From an uncultured cyanobacterium (GTDB lineage Bacteria > Cyanobacteriota > Cyanobacteriia > Cyanobacteriales > Nostocaceae): a stretch of 64,000 nucleotides of DNA. A program made the position numbers and the translations under genes. The DNA lies in contig CAVUDP010000001.1 of assembly GCA_963740315.1 (NCBI GenBank), positions 864,001-928,000 of the forward strand. Direction: 5' to 3'. Positions 10,924-20,929 of the stretch are shown one piece after another. The notes beneath the pieces are model-generated. The model was not told where the DNA came from. It did no database searches and saw only the letters and a list, made by a program, of their open reading frames with translations. Each line of letters opens with the position of its first letter. Within the stretch, counting starts at the first letter, position 1.

Positions 10924-11255
10924 GGTGTGTTATTTTTCTCAATTTCACTACTTTCCAAAGTGGGATTATCCCGAGCCAACTTCATTACACCAACCAACAT
11001 CAGAGCTTGAATTGAAAAGCCAATTACAATAGCTGTTAAAATTACCGCTTGAGGAACTGGATCTGCATAAGCACGATTCTCCACACCCGAAAAAATCGGC
11101 GTAAACAAACCATTTCGAGATGCGATCGCGACATAATAGGCAATAACTCCAGTACTCATCACATCCATAGCCACGATTTTCATCACCAAATTTTTTTTAA
11201 AGATGATGCCGAAAAATCCGCATAATACTGTTGCAAGGATAAAAGCTTCTAACAC
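10920..11255 (-). CDS. mnhC: Na+/H+ antiporter subunit C
   Basis: NLVMKIVA, ADPVPQAVILTAIVIG; GTG start. Confidence 0.92.
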   Translation of the reverse strand: MLEAFILATVLCGFFGIIFKKNLVMKIVAMDVMSTGVIAYYVAIASRNGLFTPIFSGVENRAYADPVPQAVILTAIVIGFSIQALMLVGVMKLARDNPTLESSEIEKNNTP

Positions 11256-11679
11256 AAGTTTTGTTTTTTAGGTAAGGTTTCGTTATAATTATTTTCTATG
11301 AAGTGTATTATTTTTGATTTATAGGGGTTTGGTATATCTAGGGTAATAGAAGATATACGAAAAACCATCAATTAAAATATTTTTTAACTGAGTAAAAATA
11401 ATACGAATGCTTTGTTAAGAGTAGGCTCTAGTTAGAGAATTAGCGTTATTTAAAGATTTTACATATCCCGATTTATATAACTTTTTAATAAAATACGAAG
11501 GAGGAAAGCGTTTTTGAGTTTGTAGAACGCGGTTAATATACGCATGGATCTTGATACTTCACCCTGTTCTTAAGAATTGATTAATGTCTTATATATACAA
11601 TAAATGGTAATAGGTGTTCAAAGCAAGGAATTGGTGATAGGTGATTGGCGATGGGTAATTGAGAATAGATTGTAAAATT

Positions 11680-12158
11680 AACCTGGCGATTAAATATGCC
11701 GCACAAGCGCGGTGAACACGGCTACACGCCGCATTACCCACCGTGGCAGAAGTTTAAGATTATTTATAATATTGATTTGTAGGGTGTGTGACGCTCTTAT
11801 AAATTTGGTTTGTAATTAAAAGAGTATTAGCCTCACGCACCATCGGTAAACTAGTAGTGCGTTTCATTTGTTCTGATGGGTTGTAGAGACGTTATACATA
11901 ACGTCTCCCAAAGTTTACCGAGAAAACAAACCCGTCAAATTTAATGCAAAGGACTACTAGGGTGAAATCGAAAAAAACTGTCATCGTGGTGAAAAACCTG
12001 GCGAATATAATATGCCGCACAAGCGCGGTGAACGCGGCTACACAAGCAAAACCTACCTGCGTAGGTTTAAGAATATTTATAATATTGATTTGTAGGGTGT
12101 GTGACGCTCTTATAAATTTGGTTTGTAATTAAAAGAGTATTAGCGTCACGCACCATCG
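11680..12158. repeat. REP/SDR cluster with an internal ~90-bp direct duplication
   Basis: TATTTATAATATTGATTTGTAGGGTGTGTGACGCTC...CACGCACCATCG at ~11755-11845 and ~12068-12158. Confidence 0.8.
11851..11960. mobile_element. CTAG-bounded MITE-like element carrying a GTAGAGACG palindrome
   Basis: CTAGTAGT...ACTACTAG inverted ends; empty-site equivalent at ~3318-3340. Confidence 0.7.
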
Positions 12159-12163
12159 ACGAA

Positions 12164-13138
12164 TCAAGGATTGTAATCAAATTCGCTATTAAGCATTAAA
12201 CCAACTCGGTCATTTTCTGCGGATTCTCCAATTATGAATACTTGTGTATAATCCCAAAAGCGGAATGTATACATCGTTAATTCTGCAAATTTGGCTTTGA
12301 GAAACGAATTTAAATGTTGATATTTATTGTATAGTTCTTCCCCTTCTTCTTCAGAACCATCACAATAAAAAATATCATCTTGATTATCTGGGTAAAAGGT
12401 TTGAAATTTACCGATTTTGAGAAACCCAGATTTAATTAAAGCATTTTGTAGCGTTGTTTCTTTTGTAGAAGCGGTTTGATAAATAATTTGATGATGATAA
12501 GTTTGTTCGTAACCGCCGTCATAATGTCCGTAAGTCAAAACAGGTGTTAAGGATTCAAGAATTTTATCAATTTGAGATTCTAAATCGGTGTTTGGTTTAT
12601 TTGGCAATATTTCTGTATTATTTTGGGTAACTATAATATCGCTGAAATCTGGAGTTTCTTGAGGTACGGTAGAAGTGACACAAATCCAGCTTTCATCATC
12701 AAGTTGTCCAGCGATCGCAAAACAGGAATAATCTGCCGAACAACTAAATTGATAAACCTGTAAGTTTTTTAAATCGGATTTTAAAAGGTTTGATAGCTGC
12801 TGGTAGATATTTTTGCGCTGTTGGAATTCTGGGGATTTTCTATCTACTTCATCTTCTTCGTCTTCAAAAACACAATCTGCATAAAAATTATCACCTCCGG
12901 GTGTTGGAACACCCATTTGTTCTATTTCCTGCCAATTATTAATAGCAATTTCAATATCTGTGTTTCTCATCCAACCTTGAGAATGAAGTAGAGATATTAA
13001 ATTGAATTTTCCTTTTACAGAAGATTGCCAGTAGAAAGGTTTCCATTCCGATGTGTGGTTAAAACGAAGACGACAGATGATTTCTTCTTGGAGTAGAACT
13101 TCGAGGGTTGCTAGGAGTTTATTTGTTGAAGGGTTCAT
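12164..13138 (-). CDS. Tandem NuiA-like protein, copy 2
   Basis: YQQLSNLLKSDLKNLQVYQF..AIAGQ..W..VTSTV and KYQHLNSFLK..MYTF..VFIIGE..DRVGL; ends EFDYNP like copy 1 (EFIYNP). Confidence 0.72.
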   Translation of the reverse strand: MNPSTNKLLATLEVLLQEEIICRLRFNHTSEWKPFYWQSSVKGKFNLISLLHSQGWMRNTDIEIAINNWQEIEQMGVPTPGGDNFYADCVFEDEEDEVDRKSPEFQQRKNIYQQLSNLLKSDLKNLQVYQFSCSADYSCFAIAGQLDDESWICVTSTVPQETPDFSDIIVTQNNTEILPNKPNTDLESQIDKILESLTPVLTYGHYDGGYEQTYHHQIIYQTASTKETTLQNALIKSGFLKIGKFQTFYPDNQDDIFYCDGSEEEGEELYNKYQHLNSFLKAKFAELTMYTFRFWDYTQVFIIGESAENDRVGLMLNSEFDYNP

Positions 13139-13298
13139 AAATTTGGTTTTGGGATTAAGAGGAATAAACCGCAGAGAGCGCAGAGTACGCAGAGGAAAGA
13201 GTTAAAGAGACATAGTTTGTAGGGTGTGTGACGCTTTTAGAAATTATGTAATATAAACGATGGTGTATTAGCGTCACGCACCAATCGGAAATTTTGTT

Positions 13299-15926
13299 TT
13301 ATAAGTTATGATTCGCTGCTGCTCTAACAATGCGATTACCATCACGAGCAAGTCTTGAGCGTATTTCTAAAGGTGTCGATTCGTTTTCTGCAACACCATA
13401 TCTTTCCAACCAAGAAGCGGAATTTGCTGCTTGATTTAATATTTCCCCTGGTGTGACGGGATGAAGTAAAGTTACAAACCTAACGAAAGCGTTATTTGAT
13501 TGAGCGTATTCTGTTAGTAGGGTTGGTAAGTCGTCGGTGTCGGGTTTGTAAATTCGGGGGAGACTTTGAAGAGTTGGGGATTGTTGGTTACTTTGTCGGA
13601 AAATCCTTTGATTACTGTCTCGTTTCGACATTAATCTTTGAGCTTTTTCAGTTTCTTGTTCGCTTTGTTTTTCTAAGTGAATTTTGTAAATATCAAGGGG
13701 AGTAAGATTCGGATTTTTTGGTAACATCTGACCTGAAGTAAGTTCTTCAAGTAAATCTTTCGGGGTATTTGGATGTTCTCCAACTAATTCTTGTGTTGTT
13801 GAATTATCGTCTTGAGCAGCTTGTCTAAGAATACTTACGGGAGCATTGGGATTTTTGATAACGTCTTGAATTGAACCTCTATAATTTTGAAGAATAAATT
13901 CTAAGATAAATTCCGGTGTTAAAGGATTTTTAGCAATGCTTTGGTAAACATATCCTCCAGCGTTCCATCCGATATGAGAAACTTGATTAGAAAGCAGTTG
14001 CTGTAAATATTCAACACGCTGTTGTTCAGAAGTTTGAGGATTAAACGCTACAGCCATACGCATATCCCAATCTTCTAAATATTCACTTTCATCATCGGGA
14101 GTTTTCTTATGTTGTTCCCATAATCTTTCTCTCAAAAAAGCTGGTACTGATGGATTACCTAATAATGCAGCTACAATTTCTTGATTAGTGCGATCGCGAT
14201 TGTATTGGGTGTTCACTAAATGCATCAAACCATCCAAAGTATCGAGATTTTTCGCTAACTCTGGATTATCAAACGAAGGTTGTCTCAGCTTGGAACGTGT
14301 TTGAACTGTATTCCTTCCTTCCCACTCACCATGAGGTTCTTGATTAGATAAATATTTAAGAGTTTCTCTTTCGGATTCATTAAGCGAATTTTCCAAATCG
14401 TTCCACTCTTCCATAGTTGAATCAGCAGTAAATTGTCGAAGCCAAAACAGAATCATCTCAGGTGACTGACCTTTATAAATAAAAGTTTTAATCTGCTTTA
14501 ATAAATTTGGTGTGATATCTGGAGCTAATTCAAGCAACAATTCTACTGTCCCATCTAACTTATACGATGCATTCGCTAGCTGTTCTAAAACAGCAATCGG
14601 AGTTTGTGGATTGCTGGCTATTTGAACCTTTATATAATATTTTGAGTTTACAAATAATTCCTGTAACAGCGAAATTTTTAATTCTTCGGGCGTTTTAGGA
14701 TTCTCGGCTATAGCGAGTTGTAAATTGGAATTAGGATATTGCGTTAAATACTCCAAAATATTCGCTGAAACTTGAGGATGTTTAGCAATATCAGTCAAAA
14801 AACCTGTTTCATACCCAAGAAAGGTTTCTAATGTTTCAACTACTGGTGAAGAGTCTCTTCTAGCTATTGCTTTCGCTGTCAATTCTTCTATATCAACATT
14901 ATTCGCTAATTCAGCTAAAATCCAAGTCGGAGTATTCACCTGTCTCAACAATATATCTCGATTTTTATGTTTCCAATCTGGTAAATCTGGCTCTTTCTCC
15001 CTAAAAAACCGCTCTAAAATACTTGCTGGTAAATTATTTCTTTGTGGAATTACATTTTTATAATCCGAAAACAATTGATCTAAAGTCTCTTCCCCAGTAT
15101 TCGGATGCTCTACAACGGCAACTTTAATTTCCTTATCCGATTCCGCTAAAACAGCTAAAACTTCCGCACTCACTCCCGGATTCTTCGCAACAGCCAACCG
15201 AATCCTAAATTCCCCATCCGTTGCCAACTTCATCAAAACATCTTCCGGAGCGAAGGGATTTTGAGCAACCGTCAACCTTATCCAACTCCAACGACTATTC
15301 CCCAATTCCCTCAACTGCTCAACTTCAGCATCCCAATCGCTAACCACATCATGCTGACTTTTCACCAATTCAACTACTTCCAACGCACAATTATCGTTAA
15401 ACTCCACCGTCAAACGCACCGCTAATTCTAAATCTCCCGCTAACAATTCCAACAAGGAAACTGGTGCTTCTGAAGATTCCGCAACTACTAAACGTGCTTC
15501 TAATTTCTTCTCCCCAGCCAACCTTTCCAATAACTGCAACTGATACCGCAACGGCATATATTCGTTATGCAATCCTTGAATCAACCGACTTTCCGGAACC
15601 CATTCGCTCAAAAAATCGGGAGATACCGGAGCAAATTGCATCAACTCCACCGCTAATCTGTCATTTTGTCCTAAATCCAGATTTTGCAGCACTTCCGCAA
15701 CAACTTGCTGGTAATCTCCCGTAATTTCACCCGCCCAATTAACGTGTAATCTCGCAACTTCCACAACCGAGGAATAATCGCTGTTAACTAAAAGGGTTAA
15801 AAGACTGCGGGGAGTTTGGGGGAAAGTTGCGATCGCAATCTGCACCTCCTCCGATTCCGTCAGTAATTCTTCGGGTATTTCTAAAAATCTTTGTAAATCC
15901 GATGCACTAATCTGAAGTAACTGCAT
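13299..15926 (-). CDS. LRV/HEAT-like repeat protein, copy 2
   Basis: Clear paralog of 4376-7009; very similar N- and C-termini, divergent middle. Confidence 0.85.
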   Translation of the reverse strand: MQLLQISASDLQRFLEIPEELLTESEEVQIAIATFPQTPRSLLTLLVNSDYSSVVEVARLHVNWAGEITGDYQQVVAEVLQNLDLGQNDRLAVELMQFAPVSPDFLSEWVPESRLIQGLHNEYMPLRYQLQLLERLAGEKKLEARLVVAESSEAPVSLLELLAGDLELAVRLTVEFNDNCALEVVELVKSQHDVVSDWDAEVEQLRELGNSRWSWIRLTVAQNPFAPEDVLMKLATDGEFRIRLAVAKNPGVSAEVLAVLAESDKEIKVAVVEHPNTGEETLDQLFSDYKNVIPQRNNLPASILERFFREKEPDLPDWKHKNRDILLRQVNTPTWILAELANNVDIEELTAKAIARRDSSPVVETLETFLGYETGFLTDIAKHPQVSANILEYLTQYPNSNLQLAIAENPKTPEELKISLLQELFVNSKYYIKVQIASNPQTPIAVLEQLANASYKLDGTVELLLELAPDITPNLLKQIKTFIYKGQSPEMILFWLRQFTADSTMEEWNDLENSLNESERETLKYLSNQEPHGEWEGRNTVQTRSKLRQPSFDNPELAKNLDTLDGLMHLVNTQYNRDRTNQEIVAALLGNPSVPAFLRERLWEQHKKTPDDESEYLEDWDMRMAVAFNPQTSEQQRVEYLQQLLSNQVSHIGWNAGGYVYQSIAKNPLTPEFILEFILQNYRGSIQDVIKNPNAPVSILRQAAQDDNSTTQELVGEHPNTPKDLLEELTSGQMLPKNPNLTPLDIYKIHLEKQSEQETEKAQRLMSKRDSNQRIFRQSNQQSPTLQSLPRIYKPDTDDLPTLLTEYAQSNNAFVRFVTLLHPVTPGEILNQAANSASWLERYGVAENESTPLEIRSRLARDGNRIVRAAANHNL

Positions 15927-15946
15927 AACTTTAAATTTATTTAATT

Positions 15947-15960
15947 AGTACTAAAGTACC
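15947..15960. promoter_or_regulatory. Putative LexA (SOS) box, full consensus match
   Basis: AGTACTAAAGTACC matches RGTAC-NNN-DGTWCB, 20 nt upstream of the LRV start. Confidence 0.7.
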
Positions 15961-16132
15961 ATAAACGGGACTAAGGTTATTAAATTTATAATTCCCCAAA
16001 TGACGACAGATATTTCTAAGAGGATGTTTAAAAAGTATTGTTAAGAGCGCAATTCTCGGATTATCCTTTCACCCCTTAGAAAAGGCTACCGCGTACATAC
16101 TCTAAAGCTGTGCCATAACGTTTCGATCCCCC

Positions 16133-16267
16133 CTAGTAGTGCTTTTCAAAAGTTTTGACGGGTAATAAAGGTTTGTAGTAAGCGCTGTCTTCGCCTCATA
16201 TTATGGAATCTGGAGGGGCTGAAGCCCTTACTACAAACCTATCAGAATTAATGGGACAGACTACTAG
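16133..16267. mobile_element. CTAG-bounded MITE-like element inserted in a CCCCC/GGGGG palindrome
   Basis: CTAGTAGTG...GACTACTAG; removing it restores GATCCCCCCTAGTCCCCCTTATTTAAGGGGGATTTAGGGGGATC. Confidence 0.7.
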
Positions 16268-16365
16268 TCCCCCTTATTTAAGGGGGATTTAGGGGGATCT
16301 TTCTCTCAGCGCTCTCCGCGTCTCTGCGGTTTTTAAAATCAGTAATTTTCTCTAAAAACGAATAA

Positions 16366-16390
16366 AGACGGAGCATATTACGCCCCGTCT
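16366..16390 (-). terminator. Putative rho-independent terminator
   Basis: Minus strand AGACGGGGCG-TAATA-TGCTCCGTCT followed by TTATT, just after the serine hydrolase stop. Confidence 0.55.
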
Positions 16391-16424
16391 CTAGAAAATC
16401 AAATATATAAACTCAGACAGAAAC

Positions 16425-17726
16425 TTATTTTGGTAAACTGCCTACTTGAGGCTTATTAATGTGTCCATAAACCATTCGAGAAACTTGGTTAATAAATGAT
16501 TTAGCGCGGGCATCGCGGAAAGGTCTTGTTACCATAATACCTGCTAAATAACGCTTACCGTTTGGCATTGTCACAATACCTGCATCACCAAGAACAATTC
16601 CCAAAGTTCCTGTTTTATGAGCAAATTTTGCACCTTTACCAATACCTGCTCCTAAATAAGCTTTATTCTCGACGCGATGCATAATATCTAAAACTTTTGC
16701 GCGGCTGGTACTACTTAATAACAAATTATTAGAAATCAAAGCTCCCACTCTAGCTAAATCTTTAGGGCTAGTAGTATTAGTTCCTTTAAAATCACCAAGT
16801 AGATTGCGGATTACAGTATTTTGCAGTCCCCAATTACGGAAGCGTTGATTTAATCTAGCTTTACCACCCAAGCGATCGATAACCATATTAGTTGCAGTAT
16901 TATCGCTGATGGTAATCATTTTAGTGACGGTTTCCATCAAACTAAACTTAGTACCGGGACGTTTGTACTGCATTACTCCCGAACCACCAGTGATCAAATC
17001 GCGGCGCATGACTACAGTTTCATTTAATTTAACTCTACCCGCGTCTACTTCTTCAAATAAAGCGACTAAAAGCGGAAGTTTAATTGTGGAAGCTGCGGGA
17101 AATGCCTTTTCTCCATTTATGTCTAAATAGTCGCCGGTTTCCAAATCTAAGAAAAACATTCCTGGATCTAAATAACTGTAGCGAGACATTAAACTTTTAA
17201 CTTGAGAATAGAGTTGCGGTATTTGACTTCCTAAAGGAACAACTCCTGCGAATGATGAAGCTTTGGGAAACCCCACGGGAATCTTTACTTCACCAGCATT
17301 CGGATTGGAAGTAAGAGTTCCGCGATCGATGGATGAGAAATTAACCGTCCAGTGGGAAGAAGTATCGCTTTTAACTAATAGTTTGTCGGGAGAAACTGTA
17401 TAACCTGGTGCTAATTCAACTACTAATCGAGTAGTTTTATCGTCAACTTTACCAACTCTAATTTCTTTGACTGCGGACTTATATTGTTGACGAATCGTAT
17501 CTCTACCCAATTGCGTACCGGGTAAATCAATTACAAGTCGTGTGGGATTATTAATTAAAAATGCTGTCGGTTGAACTCCCGAATCAGTCGTTAAATCTAG
17601 TTGATTTCGTGTTGGATTAAAATGCCATGATTGAAAGTTAGCCGCATTTAATGGAGAGGATAACAGTACAACACTGCTAATAGCGCTAAGCAATAAAAAG
17701 CGTAGTCTCATGTGTATGATTTCCAA
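16425..17726 (-). CDS. AMIN-domain serine hydrolase (class A beta-lactamase-like/PBP-like)
   Basis: Signal peptide, AMIN motif NPTRLVIDLPG, SxxK (STIK), SDN, HKTG. Confidence 0.9.
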   Translation of the reverse strand: MEIIHMRLRFLLLSAISSVVLLSSPLNAANFQSWHFNPTRNQLDLTTDSGVQPTAFLINNPTRLVIDLPGTQLGRDTIRQQYKSAVKEIRVGKVDDKTTRLVVELAPGYTVSPDKLLVKSDTSSHWTVNFSSIDRGTLTSNPNAGEVKIPVGFPKASSFAGVVPLGSQIPQLYSQVKSLMSRYSYLDPGMFFLDLETGDYLDINGEKAFPAASTIKLPLLVALFEEVDAGRVKLNETVVMRRDLITGGSGVMQYKRPGTKFSLMETVTKMITISDNTATNMVIDRLGGKARLNQRFRNWGLQNTVIRNLLGDFKGTNTTSPKDLARVGALISNNLLLSSTSRAKVLDIMHRVENKAYLGAGIGKGAKFAHKTGTLGIVLGDAGIVTMPNGKRYLAGIMVTRPFRDARAKSFINQVSRMVYGHINKPQVGSLPK

Positions 17727-18245
17727 GCGAGCAGAGTATTTACTTGAATACAGTTTTCAGTTTCTCTAGGTATTATCCGGAGAAAAATATCAGTATTATC
17801 CGATAATAAAAAAGATTTTTTGTGTATTATTATTAGTTCAATTCTTTCCAGACGCTTATATAAATGAATGGTTCCATTACTAATTTCAACTGATATTTTG
17901 GATCGTTATCAACAGACTCTCCGGCTCTTGTTTTTGTTCCGAGGCTCAGTTTAGTAACTACGGTTAATATTGATAGACTATTTAGCTGCTGGTTGTCAAA
18001 AGTCAGATCGGCAATTTAATTACTAAACTTATCCATTTCTACAGTTTTATCGCTCAAATTTGAAATACTTATTGATGGAATTTTAGGTGCATTACCTTAT
18101 ATAATTTCCACGGTATAACAGACTTGTAAGAAACTAAAAAGAATTACTTCTTTCTTTGCGCTCTGTGCGTCTAATAAGGTTTTTTTCTCGGTAATCTTCT
18201 AGCGAAAGGAATAATATATTGATATCCCTTGCATCTACCATCTCT

Positions 18246-19715
18246 ATGAATACTCTTTCTAACTACATTAACGGCAAATGGCATAAATCCGCCGCAACCG
18301 AACATCTTGAAGTTGTTAACCCAGCGACAGCAGAAGTGCTTGCCCAAGTACCTTTATCACCAAAATCGGAAGTAAATGAAGCAGCCTCAGCAGCAGCAGA
18401 AGCTTTCAAATCTTGGCGACGTATTCCCGCGACACAACGAGTGCAATATTTATTCATACTTAAATACTTATTAGAAGAACATTTAGAAGATATTGCTCGT
18501 ACAATCACCCTTGAATGCGGCAAAACCTTGGCAGAATCGAGAGGTGAAATGCGCCGCGCGATCGAAAACGTAGAAGTTGCTTGCGGTATTCCGATGATGA
18601 TGCAGGGAACTAACCTGGAAGATATTGCACGGGGAATTGATGAAATGATGATTCGTCAACCTTTGGGAGTATGTGCGGCGATTTGCCCTTTCAACTTTCC
18701 GGGGATGATTCCCTTTTGGTTTCTACCTTATGCGATCGCTTGCGGTAATACCTACATTGTCAAACCTTCGGAAAAAGTTCCGTTGACGATGCAGAAAATC
18801 TTTGAGTTATTAGAGCAAACTGGTTTACCCAAAGGTGTGGTTAACTTGGTAAACGGCACCAAAGAAGCTGTAGACGCAATTTTAGAACATCCACAAATTA
18901 AAGCAGTTAGTTTTGTTGGTTCCACATCTGTCGCCAAATATGTTTACAGTTGGGGTGCGGCGAATGGTAAACGGATGCAGGCTCAAGGTGGTGCAAAAAA
19001 TCCGATTATCGTTTTACCCGATGCAGATATGGAAATGACAACCCGCATCGCTGCCGATAGTGCTTTTGGTTGTGCGGGGCAAAGGTGTCTTGCGGCTTCG
19101 GTAGCAGTAACTGTAGGGGAAGCAAAACAAGAATTTACCCAAGCGATCGCAGAAGTTGCAAATAACCGAATTGTAGGTAACGGCTTGGAAGATGGCGTAC
19201 AAATGGGAGCCGTGATTAATGCTTACAGTAAAACGCGAATTGAAGGTTTAGTTGAAAAAGGTGTGTCATCGGGTGCTTCTCTACTAGTTGATGGCAGAAA
19301 TCCGCATATATCGGGTTACGAACAAGGTTACTTTATCCGTCCAACAATTCTACAAGATGTAAATCCCTTAAGCGAAATCGCCAATACAGAAATATTTGGT
19401 CCCGTATTGAGTTTAATGCACGTCAACAATATTGATGAAGCGATTTCCTTAGTAAACAACAGTCAATTTGGAAACATGGCTTGTTTATTTACCACATCCG
19501 GAGCAGCAGCCCGTAAATTTCGCTACGAAGCCCAAGCCGGAAATATCGGTATAAACATCGGTGTCGCCGCACCAATGGCATTCTTCCCCTTCAGCGGTTG
19601 GAAGCAAAGCTTTTTCGGAGACTTACACGGGCAAGGAAACCACGCAGTAGAATTTTTTACTCAAACCAAAGTCGTCGTAGAAAGATGGAAAGATGAATGG
19701 TCGAGAAAGTTTTAG
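18246..19715 (+). CDS. mmsA: CoA-acylating methylmalonate-semialdehyde dehydrogenase
   Basis: [42 protein letters not shown]. Confidence 0.92.
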   Translation: MNTLSNYINGKWHKSAATEHLEVVNPATAEVLAQVPLSPKSEVNEAASAAAEAFKSWRRIPATQRVQYLFILKYLLEEHLEDIARTITLECGKTLAESRGEMRRAIENVEVACGIPMMMQGTNLEDIARGIDEMMIRQPLGVCAAICPFNFPGMIPFWFLPYAIACGNTYIVKPSEKVPLTMQKIFELLEQTGLPKGVVNLVNGTKEAVDAILEHPQIKAVSFVGSTSVAKYVYSWGAANGKRMQAQGGAKNPIIVLPDADMEMTTRIAADSAFGCAGQRCLAASVAVTVGEAKQEFTQAIAEVANNRIVGNGLEDGVQMGAVINAYSKTRIEGLVEKGVSSGASLLVDGRNPHISGYEQGYFIRPTILQDVNPLSEIANTEIFGPVLSLMHVNNIDEAISLVNNSQFGNMACLFTTSGAAARKFRYEAQAGNIGINIGVAAPMAFFPFSGWKQSFFGDLHGQGNHAVEFFTQTKVVVERWKDEWSRKF

Positions 19716-19956
19716 AATTGGGCATGGGAACAGGTTAAAGGTCTGCATGTCAAAGGTAATAAGTGGGTATGCCTTCATTATTTGTGTCATTGTTCACTGC
19801 GTGAAGCAATCCCAAACCCTTGCGATGAACCGCACCCTACGGGTGAATGCTTCGTTTCGCCCTCGCCGCACGCTCCGCGTGAACGCTGCACTCGCAATGA
19901 CAATATACAATTAATTTTGCATGAGTACCTATAGTTAAAAGCTTTAAATTCTTAAC

Positions 19957-20058
19957 TCCCCATCTCCTTGTCTCCCCATCTCCCCATCTCCTTGTCCCCC
20001 CATCTCCCCATCTCCCCATCTCCTTGTCCCCATCCCCCCATCTCCCCCTCTCCCTCTC
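19957..20058. repeat. Octamer STRR tract (CCCCATCT/CCTTGTCT)
   Basis: Tandem repeats read directly. Confidence 0.9.
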
Positions 20059-20160
20059 CAAAAAAAATTCCCCCGCTTGGCACACAAATGATGTAATATC
20101 CGTCACTGTAAGTTAGCTACGAATAAATCCAATTATTTTATAGGTGTGAAGGAGTTAAAA

Positions 20161-20550
20161 ATGAAAGTACCTTTTATCGGTAAAACATTAGTTGCGTCTT
20201 TAGGTTTACTCGCTTTATTTGCCCCTCAACGTGCTGATGCTCAGATAGTACCTCAACCTTGGGTGTCTGTTGGTTCTAAAGATGGTGATGTTACCTATGC
20301 TGTCGGTGCAAAGGCTTTAAATTACGGTGCAGAATTGGGAGTAGGTGAAGACGGTGCTGTTGGTGTTGATGTACTGCAATTTCTTCCTTTACCAAAGGTT
20401 TCTCCTTATGTTGGAGTAGGATACTATACAGAAGGTAAAGGTGTTTCGCTTTCCGGTGGCGTACAAGTAAGCCCTACCAAAAACTTGGTTGTTGGTGCTG
20501 GTTACAATACACGTCGCGGTATTAACGGACAGTTGGGAATTAAGTTCTAA
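20161..20550 (+). CDS. Small secreted protein, possible outer-membrane beta-barrel
   Basis: Signal peptide ending ADA, alternating hydrophobic strands, C-terminal Phe; GGAG RBS. Confidence 0.65.
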   Translation: MKVPFIGKTLVASLGLLALFAPQRADAQIVPQPWVSVGSKDGDVTYAVGAKALNYGAELGVGEDGAVGVDVLQFLPLPKVSPYVGVGYYTEGKGVSLSGGVQVSPTKNLVVGAGYNTRRGINGQLGIKF

Positions 20551-20589
20551 TTTTTTAATTTTTTCTAAAATATCTTAAATAGATTTGAT

Positions 20590-20630
20590 TTCGACATTGT
20601 TGACTTTCGGGTTGGCGATGTCGAATTTTT
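20590..20630 (+). terminator. Putative rho-independent terminator
   Basis: 15-bp stem with GU pairs, TTCGACATTGTTGAC/GTTGGCGATGTCGAA, followed by a T run. Confidence 0.65.
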
Positions 20631-20750
20631 GTTTATACTTTAAGTTTTATTTATACATATCTTCAGACTGAGAAAAAACAAAATAAATTAATATTTAGTT
20701 CTACCTTCCGCGAGATAGTTACTGGTAACAAAATCTGATTTAATTAGAAC

Positions 20751-20885
20751 TAAGTAGGTGAGCGTAATAAAATATAACTATAACTGTGTTTCGTCATTGC
20801 GAGGAGGTACGACGAAGCAATCACAACCGTTTCAAGCTTTTTACATTTTGTTACGTAGTTGGTTTTATTTCTGCCGACTTACTTA
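20751..20885. mobile_element. MITE-like element with TAAGTAGGT/ACTTACTTA ends
   Basis: Imperfect terminal inverted repeats; internal GTCATTGCGA..GAAGCAATC repeat. Confidence 0.55.
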
Positions 20886-20929
20886 AGTGCATTTATTCCT
20901 ATATTAAAAATAGAGGCAATATAATCCAA

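Noticed and set aside
11944..12132. 62-aa ORF
   Set aside because: Composed entirely of REP/MITE sequence
4376..15926. Diversity-generating retroelement explaining the LRV paralog similarity
   Set aside because: No reverse transcriptase in the window, and differences are not adenine-specific
16425..17726. Antibiotic-resistance beta-lactamase
   Set aside because: AMIN fusion and no evident omega-loop Glu point to a cell-wall PBP-like enzyme
20786..20929. N-terminal extension of the DUF389 ORF
   Set aside because: Starts inside a MITE-like element; ATG at 20930 is more plausible
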